In this document: one piece after another, positions 9,618 to 19,200 of the stretch
How positions within the stretch are numbered: the first letter of the stretch is position 1
How the letters are laid out: the number at the start of each line of letters is the position of its first letter
Notes under the pieces: model-generated
Databases searched by the model: none
Seen by the model: only the letters and a program-made list of their open reading frames with translations
Told to the model about the DNA's origin: nothing
Program-made: the position numbers and the translations under genes
Source: Synechocystis sp. PCC 6803 substr. PCC-P
Lineage (GTDB): Bacteria > Cyanobacteriota > Cyanobacteriia > Cyanobacteriales > Microcystaceae
Assembly (NCBI RefSeq): GCF_000284455.1
Contig: NC_017039.1
Span: 630,001 to 662,000, forward strand
DNA length: 32,000 nucleotides
Reading direction: 5' to 3'

Positions 9618-10715
9618 CTAACGATGGTTTTTTGGCAGACGTACCCGTGCTGGATTGAGGGGACAAAGAAGTTGGTTGAGGGCACGAAGTTGTTCTACTG
9701 TGCCTAGGCAAATGAGAGAATCAGCGTCTAGTAAATGGGTGTCCCCCATGGGGCCCACAATTAATTTACGATCTTGGCGACGAATGGCCAGAATTAATGC
9801 TCCTGATTGGGCCCGGAGTTGGGCCTCCCGCAAGGTTTGGCCAATGTAGGGACAGTCTTCGGCCCCAATGCGAAATTCTTCCATATAGAAGGAACGGTCC
9901 GCTCCGGTGAGAATACCATCAACAAAACTCACCACCTGGGGTCGCAATGCCGCCGCCGCTAGCCGTTTACCCCCGGTAATGTAAGGAGAAACCACTTCAT
10001 CAGCCCCGGCCCGTTTCAGTTTTTGCACCGCTTCTTCGGAACTGGCCCTGGCGATCGCCCGAATTTTCGGATTGAGGGTTTTAGCAGAAAGCACCGTATA
10101 TAAATTTTCTGCGTCGGAGGAAAGGGCAGAAACAATACAAATAGCCCGTTCAATGTGGGCTGCCAGGAGGATTTCGTCCAGGGTGGCATCTCCCTGGAGG
10201 ACAGCATAGTCCCTCAGCTTTGCCTGGATAATAACCTCTGGGGAAGCGTCAATCACCACAAAGGGAATATTTTCTACGGCAAACTCAAAGGCAATTTGTT
10301 GCCCTGTGCGTCCATAGCCACAAAGAATATAATGGTCCGCTAATCGCTCAATCACCTTTTGCTCCTGCCGCCGGCGTAAACTATCTTGAAAGTATCCTTG
10401 GATAAAGGCTTCGGTGAAACGATTTACCATGTAGCCGATGGTCAACAAGCCCATCAAAATCAGCAAAATGGTAAATAAACGGGATGCCGGACTGAGGGGA
10501 TGGGTTTCCCCAAAGCCAACGGTGGCTAGGGTAATGGTGGTCATGTAGAAGGCATCTAACCAAGTCCAGTCTTCCACGTATCTGTACCAGGCCGTACCGA
10601 CCACAAATAGGCCCGCTAGGGTAATGGCCCCAGCCATTAATTCCTGTCTTAACCTGCGCCCCTGGCGATCGATGAGATTTAACAGGTTTTCCTGACTTGA
10701 TGATCCCAATCCCAT
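9618..10715 (-). CDS. Two-TM potassium channel with tandem RCK (TrkA-N/TrkA-C) domain, MthK-like
   Basis: Pore helix and filter TLATVGFGE lie between two TM helices. They are followed by a Rossmann-type RCK domain (ILCGYGRTGQQIA) and a TrkA-C-like end. From memory this matches sll0993, described as the Ca-dependent K channel SynCaK. Confidence 0.85.
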   Translation of the reverse strand: MGLGSSSQENLLNLIDRQGRRLRQELMAGAITLAGLFVVGTAWYRYVEDWTWLDAFYMTTITLATVGFGETHPLSPASRLFTILLILMGLLTIGYMVNRFTEAFIQGYFQDSLRRRQEQKVIERLADHYILCGYGRTGQQIAFEFAVENIPFVVIDASPEVIIQAKLRDYAVLQGDATLDEILLAAHIERAICIVSALSSDAENLYTVLSAKTLNPKIRAIARASSEEAVQKLKRAGADEVVSPYITGGKRLAAAALRPQVVSFVDGILTGADRSFYMEEFRIGAEDCPYIGQTLREAQLRAQSGALILAIRRQDRKLIVGPMGDTHLLDADSLICLGTVEQLRALNQLLCPLNPARVRLPKNHR

Positions 10716-10838
10716 CCTAAAACCTCACTTAAAACAGGTCAGTCGATTTAAGATCAGGAGACAATTATTTCAGAGGGGTGACCCTACCCCTGCAGACCAT
10801 ATCCAAATTTGGCCAGTCTAACGCGTTAGGAGCCCCCC

Positions 10839-12128
10839 GTGACCTATTCCCCTGTTGTTGAATCCGTCGAAGCCCAAGCTTTTGCCGTAACCGACCTATC
10901 CCCTGCCGCCGAGTTTAAAACCGCAGATTTTGATACCTATGTGATGAACACCTATGGGCGATTTCCCATTGCGATCGCCAGGGGTCAGGGCAGTACTTTA
11001 TGGGATACCGAGGGCAAGAGTTATCTTGATTTTGTCGCTGGCATTGCCACCTGTACCCTTGGCCACGCCCATCCGGCCTTGGTTAGGGCGGTTTCTGACC
11101 AAATTCAAAAGCTCCACCACGTCTCAAACTTGTACTATATTCCCGAACAAGGGGAGTTGGCTAAATGGATTGTGGAGCATTCCTGTGCGGACCGGGTTTT
11201 CTTTTGCAACTCTGGGGCAGAGGCCAATGAAGCGGCGATTAAATTAGTGCGAAAATATGCCCACACTGTCCTGGATTTCCTCGAACAGCCCGTTATTCTC
11301 ACCGCCAAAGCTAGTTTCCACGGCCGTACCCTAGCCACCATCACCGCCACGGGCCAGCCTAAATATCAGCAATATTTTGACCCTCTGGTGCCCGGCTTTG
11401 ACTACGTACCCTATAACGATATTCGCTCTTTGGAAAATAAAGTGGCTGATTTAGATGAAGGTAATAGTCGAGTGGCAGCCATTTTCCTCGAACCTCTCCA
11501 AGGGGAGGGGGGAGTCCGCCCTGGGGATTTGGCCTATTTCAAACGGGTGCGGGAGATCTGTGACCAAAACGATATTTTGTTGGTCTTTGACGAAGTGCAA
11601 GTGGGGGTAGGACGCACTGGCAAGTTGTGGGGCTACGAACATCTAGGGGTGGAGCCAGACATTTTCACCAGTGCCAAGGGTCTGGCCGGGGGCGTTCCCA
11701 TTGGGGCGATGATGTGCAAAAAATTCTGTGACGTATTTGAGCCGGGCAACCATGCCAGTACCTTTGGTGGTAATCCCCTGGCCTGTGCCGCTGGGCTAGC
11801 GGTCTTAAAAACCATTGAAGGCGATCGCCTGTTGGACAATGTCCAGGCCCGGGGGGAACAGCTACGGAGTGGTTTGGCGGAAATTAAAAATCAATATCCC
11901 ACACTCTTTACCGAAGTCCGGGGTTGGGGCTTAATCAACGGTCTGGAAATTAGCGCCGAAAGTTCCCTCACCTCCGTTGAAATTGTCAAAGCCGCCATGG
12001 AACAGGGTTTACTCCTGGCCCCCGCTGGTCCCAAAGTGTTACGGTTTGTGCCCCCCCTAGTGGTGACGGAAGCAGAAATTGCCCAGGCAGTGGAAATTCT
12101 CCGTCAGGCGATCGCCACTTTGGTTTGA
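10839..12128 (+). CDS. argD: Acetylornithine aminotransferase (class III PLP aminotransferase)
   Basis: Class III aminotransferase signatures: FCNSGAEANEAAIKL, LVFDEVQVGVGRTG, and the PLP-lysine context FTSAKGLAGG. GTG start with GGAG 7 nt upstream. Matches slr1022 from memory. Confidence 0.9.
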   Translation: MTYSPVVESVEAQAFAVTDLSPAAEFKTADFDTYVMNTYGRFPIAIARGQGSTLWDTEGKSYLDFVAGIATCTLGHAHPALVRAVSDQIQKLHHVSNLYYIPEQGELAKWIVEHSCADRVFFCNSGAEANEAAIKLVRKYAHTVLDFLEQPVILTAKASFHGRTLATITATGQPKYQQYFDPLVPGFDYVPYNDIRSLENKVADLDEGNSRVAAIFLEPLQGEGGVRPGDLAYFKRVREICDQNDILLVFDEVQVGVGRTGKLWGYEHLGVEPDIFTSAKGLAGGVPIGAMMCKKFCDVFEPGNHASTFGGNPLACAAGLAVLKTIEGDRLLDNVQARGEQLRSGLAEIKNQYPTLFTEVRGWGLINGLEISAESSLTSVEIVKAAMEQGLLLAPAGPKVLRFVPPLVVTEAEIAQAVEILRQAIATLV

Positions 12129-12254
12129 TCAGTTAATTATTGAATAAATATCACACCGTCCTAGTTTTTAAATCGCAGTCTGGGGCGGTTTGTTACTGGG
12201 AAATCAAACCATTGGCCTAGTTGACTTGCTGAAATTTTTTCTCCTTGCCACGCC

Positions 12255-12569
12255 ATGAAAAACCTTTGGCAATTGCCCGATCGCCTACCGGATCAAGAGC
12301 AATTTGACCTGCTGCTGGAAAATAAAAATATTACTTTAGAACGAATTATTTCCACTGGGCAGATAACTCCGCCAGGGGAATGGTATGACCAAGACCGTCC
12401 AGAATGGGTAGTATTGTTGCAGGGAAAAGCAGAAATAACCTACGATACCGGTGCAGTGATTAGCCTTGGTCAAGGGGATTATCTGCTCATTCCGGCTCGG
12501 CAAAAACATCGGGTAACATTTACCACTCATGAACCCCCTTGCATTTGGCTAGCTTTACATTTTAGTTAA
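12255..12569 (+). CDS. Cupin-domain protein
   Basis: A 104-aa single cupin barrel pattern: PEWVVLLQGKAEITYDTGAVISLGQGDYLLIPARQKHRV. The stop lies 6 nt before the next gene start. Confidence 0.65.
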   Translation: MKNLWQLPDRLPDQEQFDLLLENKNITLERIISTGQITPPGEWYDQDRPEWVVLLQGKAEITYDTGAVISLGQGDYLLIPARQKHRVTFTTHEPPCIWLALHFS

Positions 12570-12575
12570 ATCCCT

Positions 12576-13217
12576 ATGTCCCTAGAGCGTCAAACTTTAA
12601 AGCAAAAACTATCAACCTTAATTCAACCGCTACAAACAGCAAAGCGGGGCGCTCCCCTCACCAATCGTACTTTATCTGCCACCACCTGCCAACAAATTGA
12701 ATCCCTAGTGACGGCGATCGAAGCCTTAAATCCTAACCTATCCCCACTGTTATACTCACCCCAATTATTAGATGGCAATTGGTGGTTAAATTACTCCACT
12801 GCCAGGGAAATTAGATCCCTAGATAAGTTGCCCCTGGGGCTGAAAGTTGGCCGTATTTATCAAATCATTAACGTCCCCAATCAATCGTTTCTAAATCAAG
12901 CTTTTGTTTACCATCCCCTGGGGCTAGCAAAAGGTTATGTCAAAGTAACAGCAAAGTTTGAAATTGCCAAACCGGCTGGGACAGTGCTACCGGATAAGCG
13001 CATCAATGTGGAATTTTTAGAAAGAATGATTTCCATTCAAAAATTAATGGGTGTCCCCACCCCCAAGTTAGACCCAGCCAAAGTTGTACCTGCCCGATCG
13101 CCAGAGGGAAGAATTCCTTTCTTAGAAATCACCTACCTTGATGATGATTTGAGAATCGGTAGAGGTGGCGAAGGTAGTCTATTTGTGTTGTCAAAAGTGT
13201 CTGAAGTTACCCCATAG
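12576..13217 (+). CDS. PAP/fibrillin-family (plastid lipid-associated protein-like) protein
   Basis: The pattern LLDGNWWLNYSTAREI...GRIYQIIN...LEITYLDDDLRIGRGGEGSLFVL resembles the fibrillin lipocalin-like signature. From memory slr1024 is one of two Synechocystis fibrillins. Confidence 0.7.
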   Translation: MSLERQTLKQKLSTLIQPLQTAKRGAPLTNRTLSATTCQQIESLVTAIEALNPNLSPLLYSPQLLDGNWWLNYSTAREIRSLDKLPLGLKVGRIYQIINVPNQSFLNQAFVYHPLGLAKGYVKVTAKFEIAKPAGTVLPDKRINVEFLERMISIQKLMGVPTPKLDPAKVVPARSPEGRIPFLEITYLDDDLRIGRGGEGSLFVLSKVSEVTP

Positions 13218-13245
13218 AATTAACTATGATTGAGAGCAGAAGCTC

Positions 13246-13584
13246 ATGAAAAATAAGTTGGGAATAATATTAGTTTGTAACTGTTTGTTTTCCCTCTTTA
13301 TTAATCGTGGTGTGGGAGCGGAAGAAACCATTAACATTGGCGATTGTAGCTTCAATGGCCATCCCCTCTACGGCAAAATTCAATTAGTTGGCTCTTTCCC
13401 CGATCTCACAGTGCAGGTGGTCAGTTCTTTTCCCGATCTTAAGGTGCAACTAGTGGAAAGTTTTCCCAATCAATGTGGGCAATGGCAAATTGTCACCTCC
13501 TTTCCCGATACCAAAGTTCAAATTGTCGAATCCTTTCCCGACGTTAAAATTCAGTACGTGGATAGTTTTCCTGGCCTGCCGTAA
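13246..13584 (+). CDS. Small secreted protein composed of SFPDxKVQxV tandem repeats
   Basis: N-terminal signal peptide (MKNKLGIILVCNCLFSLFINRGVGA|EE) followed by six SFP-containing units with an 11-aa period. I cannot name a family. Confidence 0.6.
   Translation: MKNKLGIILVCNCLFSLFINRGVGAEETINIGDCSFNGHPLYGKIQLVGSFPDLTVQVVSSFPDLKVQLVESFPNQCGQWQIVTSFPDTKVQIVESFPDVKIQYVDSFPGLP
13390..13581 (+). repeat. In-frame 33-nt (11-aa) tandem repeat, about 6 units
   Basis: The units read GSFPDLTVQVV / SSFPDLKVQLV / ESFPNQCGQWQIV (with a 2-aa insertion) / TSFPDTKVQIV / ESFPDVKIQYV / DSFPGLP. The TTTCCCGA core recurs at the DNA level. Confidence 0.75.
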
Positions 13585-13623
13585 CCTTAATCTTTGCCAA
13601 TATTTTTCGGCATATTTTTGGGT

Positions 13624-13651
13624 GTTTCCCCAGGAAAAATTAGGGGGAAAC
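13624..13651. terminator. Hairpin between convergent genes (possible weak bidirectional terminator)
   Basis: GTTTCCCC-aggaaaaattag-GGGGAAAC forms a perfect 8-bp stem with a 12-nt loop. It lies between the stop codons of the repeat protein (+) and frmB (-). There is no strong U-tract on either side. Confidence 0.3.
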
Positions 13652-14481
13652 TAGTTTAGCAGCGCCGCTCCATGCCAATCCATGTGATCACCGATGAAAC
13701 TAGCAATAAAGTAATAGCTATGGTCATAGCCCGGTTGCATACGGAGGGTGAGGGGATGGTTAGCCGCCGTGCAGGCCGCTTGGAGTAACTCTGGCCGCAA
13801 TTGGGTAGGGAGGAATGGATCAGCGTCGCCATAGTCCACGAAAAATGGTAGCCGCTCTGGAGCCGATTTAATCAGAGCACAGGTATCCCAAGCTTGCCAG
13901 CTTAACTGGTTATCCCCTAAATAAGCTTGGAAGGCCTTTTGTCCCCAGGGAACTTGAGTGGGGGCAACAATGGGAGAGAAGGTGGAAACACTGCGATAAC
14001 GACCGGGATTACGCAGGGCAATGACTAGGGCCCCATGGCCCCCCATGGAATGGCCAAAAATACTCCGGGCATCGGTGGCGGCAAAATTAGCCTCAATCCA
14101 CGTAGGCAGCTCTTGCACAATGTAATCATGCATTTGATAGTGGGCTGCCCAGGGAGGTTGGGTGGCGTTGAGATAGAAACCGGCTCCCATACCGAGGTCA
14201 TAATCTTCAGAATCAGTTACGCCTTCACCCCGGGGGCTAGTGTCTGGCGTCACCATAATTAGTCCATGCTTTGCTGCGTGCTGCTGTAGACCCGATTTAG
14301 TGATGGCATTTTGTTCAGTACAGGTGAGGCCAGACAGCCAGTACAAAACTGGGCAATGTTGGTTAGTAGCCTGGGGAGGCAGGTAAACGCCAACGTTCAT
14401 GGTGCAATTAAGCACAGCGCTGTGATGGCTATAAACGCTTTGCCAACCCCCAAAGCTGGCGTGGTGTTCTAATCGTTCCAT
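13651..14481 (-). CDS. frmB: S-formylglutathione hydrolase (esterase D family)
   Basis: Serine-hydrolase nucleophile elbow GHSMGGHGA, conserved LSGLTCTEQN and DHSYYFI motifs, and about 276 aa, typical of FrmB/FghA. It sits 8 nt downstream of frmA. Confidence 0.9.
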   Translation of the reverse strand: MERLEHHASFGGWQSVYSHHSAVLNCTMNVGVYLPPQATNQHCPVLYWLSGLTCTEQNAITKSGLQQHAAKHGLIMVTPDTSPRGEGVTDSEDYDLGMGAGFYLNATQPPWAAHYQMHDYIVQELPTWIEANFAATDARSIFGHSMGGHGALVIALRNPGRYRSVSTFSPIVAPTQVPWGQKAFQAYLGDNQLSWQAWDTCALIKSAPERLPFFVDYGDADPFLPTQLRPELLQAACTAANHPLTLRMQPGYDHSYYFIASFIGDHMDWHGAALLN

Positions 14482-14489
14482 GGGTTGTA

Positions 14490-15608
<1,119 letters not shown>

Positions 15609-15627
15609 TTAACGTTGAAGGGAATAA

Positions 15628-15700
15628 CGGGTGCGGCAGGATTCGAACCTGCGACCGTCCGCTTAGAAGGCGGATGCTCTATCCACTGAGCTACGCACCC
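15628..15700 (-). tRNA. tRNA-Arg (anticodon UCU), no encoded CCA
   Basis: Manual fold of the reverse complement: acceptor GGGTGCG/CGCACCC; D-arm GCTC-AGTGGATA-GAGC; anticodon stem TCCGC/GCGGA with loop CTTCTAA (anticodon TCT); T-arm GCAGG-TTCGAAT-CCTGC; 73 nt. Confidence 0.9.
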
Positions 15701-16006
15701 AGGCTTGCTACTCAATTCCATTCTCCCATATTTTTTGGGGCTAGGATTTCGGTGTTAATGGAATATTTCCGGGGGACAGGGAAAGGATAGTTGACAGCTA
15801 CGGCTGTTGACAGTGCACATCGGGACTGGGCAAAAGAGCAACAGATGGGGGCTTGCTGACATCATTACCCCGTTCCTTTTTGGCAACGGTCATTTGGGTG
15901 TGAATTTTTGTATCTTTCGCCTTTGCGTAGCGCATTTTTCAATAAAGGTCAATATACCATTAGTAGATTGTTTGGTTCATACCACGAAAAAATTGAGTCC
16001 CTGTTG

Positions 16007-16046
16007 AGACCGTCACCGTGGTTTTAAATCTTACCGACGGTCTTTT
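16007..16046 (+). terminator. Terminator-like hairpin in the orphan region upstream of the giant gene
   Basis: AGACCGTC (16007..16014) pairs with GACGGTCT (16036..16043) across a 21-nt loop and runs into TTTT. The long loop makes this weak. Confidence 0.25.
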
Positions 16047-16230
16047 CGCCATTATTGCAAGACTGCCCTGGTGGGCCGGGAGCCCAGGGAGATAAGTTTT
16101 AGCACGCTGTCTATGACCCGAATTCTGCTAGTTAGAGCAACGCTCAGGCGATCACCAATATTGCTGGCCAGTCCATCAAAAGCCTGAATTTGACCGTCGA
16201 CCCTCATTTTATTTGTGGAGCCTAGCCTTA

Positions 16231-19200
16231 ATGAGTATAACTTTATCTGATCGCCTTTCTGCCGTTGTTCAAGACAGTGCCGGAACGAGTCATATTGTTT
16301 GGCTAGAAGGAACCAATATTTGGCACGCTGTTTATGACCCAGTTTCTCAGACATGGAAAAATGCCCAGGCCATTGTCAATACCGCTGGTCAGAACATCCG
16401 AAGTCTTAATTTGGTTGCCGATTCAGGGTTAATTGTCGAATCTGGAACAAGCAATAATACGCTGATTCCAGGCGTGGCAGTTATTTATCAAGAAGGTCTG
16501 GAAAACGACAGTAACTTTTTCTATACCGCGGCGCGCTATGACAATGTTGGCAAACTGCAATGGCTCGAAGCCCCCCAGGCCCTGACAGCGGATCAAGTGG
16601 GGGATTTAGAACCTCGGGCGGTGGTAGACAACGGGGTTATTACAGTAGTCGGGCAAAAAGTTGATCTCGTCAAAGCCCAAAACCAGGCCATCCGGGAAGA
16701 TGCGGATCCATACTATCAAACCTTTCAAATTTACAGCAATCAGTTTTCCACAATCCCATCAACCCCAGTTACGCCCATCGCCGCTTATGCTCCCCAGATT
16801 ACTAAAGATGGTGTCGTTCAAGGCAACTACATTCAGCGGGACCAAAATACTGTGGCCGCATTACCCAGTGCTACTTACCAACCCTTGACCCTTGCAGAAA
16901 CACAATCCAGTAGCTTTCAGGGATGGGGGGCAAATTGGACAGTCTCCCAGACATTTGACACTAACCTAAGCAACTTAAAACTTTTTAAGGGAATGGCGGG
17001 TGTTCCTGAGGCTCTGCTTACGCCCATTTTTAAGAAATTCAATATTACTGGAACATTACTGGGATCTTCAGGTAACAATCCTAATCTTTCATTTTTTGGT
17101 GGCGGAATCAGTACAGAGGGAATATTACTCAATGCCTCGATGGCGGTTCAATTCAATGAAGATGACCAGGACACCAACAATACCTCATCTGGAACTGCAG
17201 GAAGCAGTCTCAATCCGGCAGAAAATACAACACAACTCTCCCGTAAGCCAGAAATTTCCCTCTCTGCCATTGCCGCGACCCTTTATACCTTTGATAAAAG
17301 CTTAGGTGAAGACAATCTTTCCTATCCTTTAACAGTAGAAACGGGCAGTCTTGGCCTAACAGTTGGCTTTACATTTCCGATTCCGATTGAAGGAACACCC
17401 ATTCTCTTTAACTTTTTAGGTAGTGCTGGCCTGGGAATGCAGTGGCAATTATCTCCGAAAGACCCTCAAACCTATGTGTCTCCTGTTGGGGCAGTTTTAT
17501 CTCCTACGGGTGGTGATTCTGATGCGGTACTGGCAGTCCTGTTTAATGTTCCTCCCTTGGGTGCTATCACGGCGATCGGACTGGCGGTAATCTCTGATAT
17601 TACTGAAGTAGTTGAGTTGATTTTCACCGACGTTGATCCTGACGGCAATGAAGCCATAGAACTCGAATCCTTGTTATTTTCGATACCGATTGCGACTGGT
17701 ATTGATGGCGGGATTAAAATCCCCTATGTTTTTGAAGCCTTAGCTGGGATTCAGGCGAGCTTAGTCGGAACCGTTGGCGGCACTCGGTCGGCGGATAATG
17801 GTGCATTTCAATATGACCGAGATCTAAGCCTGGGATTTCCGATGAATATCACCATTAAATTCTTGGGTTTTCTTGGCGGAACAGTGGGTATCTATCCCTA
17901 TTGGACTTGGGGTGATGATCCCAGTAGTAGTGCCAGTAATAGTGATTTCGCCACCCTTAATCAAGCCAGTGCCGATTCTCCCACGGCAATTGTGAGAGGG
18001 CCGCTATTAGAAATCCAAGGGTTACAAACTAACGGCACCCCCCAGGCCACAGATTTCCAAGTTAACGTCAAAGACCCCCTAGGCCAGACCACAACAGTTC
18101 CAGTTTTTGGGGTGATCACTCAGGGCAATACGACCATTCTCCGGCTTGAATCAGCAATTCCGCAAACCAACTTAAACGATCAGCCTTTTTCAAATATTAA
18201 GGTTACTTATCAAAATAATGCTCCGATTCCTGTTGTTAATCAATCGGCCAATACCTTTACCTATAATTACAATCCGATTAGTGGTACTAACAGTAATTAT
18301 CAAGTCACAGGTCAGCAGGTTGTAATTGCCTTTAATGCCACTCTAAATCCCAACATCATACCCGATTCATCTCTATTTCAAGTTACGGATACCAATGGCA
18401 ATTCAATCTCAATTTCCTCTGTTATTGTAACGTCTCGCAGTGTGATCTTAACTCTATCCGGATCGAGCAGCACCTATAGCGTTAGTTATTCGGGTAGTAG
18501 CAGTTCTGGAAATGTATTAACCACAGAAGATAATGTTGCAATTAGTGATTTTAAGATTGCCAGTAATACGCCACCAAGCACCGCTGGACAAGTGAATCGT
18601 ACCTATAGCAACGTGCCAGCAGGAACCACAAGTGCAATTACAACTAACCCCCTGCTCGGTAGTACAGTGGCCCAAGATTATGCTGAGGATAGCCCACCTG
18701 CTTTAGCTGTCACTGATTCTGGTGTGTTGCTGGCCTGGAGTAGTGATACCCCGCCGATTACACCCATTTCTGCCTTGCTATCGGGAACTACGATTATCCT
18801 CACTTTTGCTGACACCCTCGTAAATCTAATTAATACCAACAAGGCCACTAGTAATCCGTTTACAGTTCTAATTAATAATCAAAGTGTTGAAATTCAGGAT
18901 TCATCTAGCACAGGAAATTATGTTGCAATTTCGTTGAATTCAAGTACTGTTATTGATGCTGACGATACGATCTCGGTTAGCTACAGCATTGATTCCACAC
19001 TAGAAAATAGCCTCTTTAATCTTTACCTTTCTGATGCCACAGATTTCGCCTTGTGGGTGCCTGACTTTACCACGCCTGTGACGCAAGCAGCTAGTTCAAC
19101 CAATGCCCCAACGCTATTAGAAGCAGTGGCAATTTCCAATGTCATTACGCTCACCTTTGACCAAATCCTTTCATCTAGCAATCTTCCTCCTGGAAGTCAA

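Noticed and set aside
16052-16354. 100-aa minus-strand ORF overlapping the 5' end of the giant gene
   Set aside because: It overlaps the strongly supported giant ORF start, has no recognisable motif, and has no upstream ribosome-binding or promoter context that I could see.
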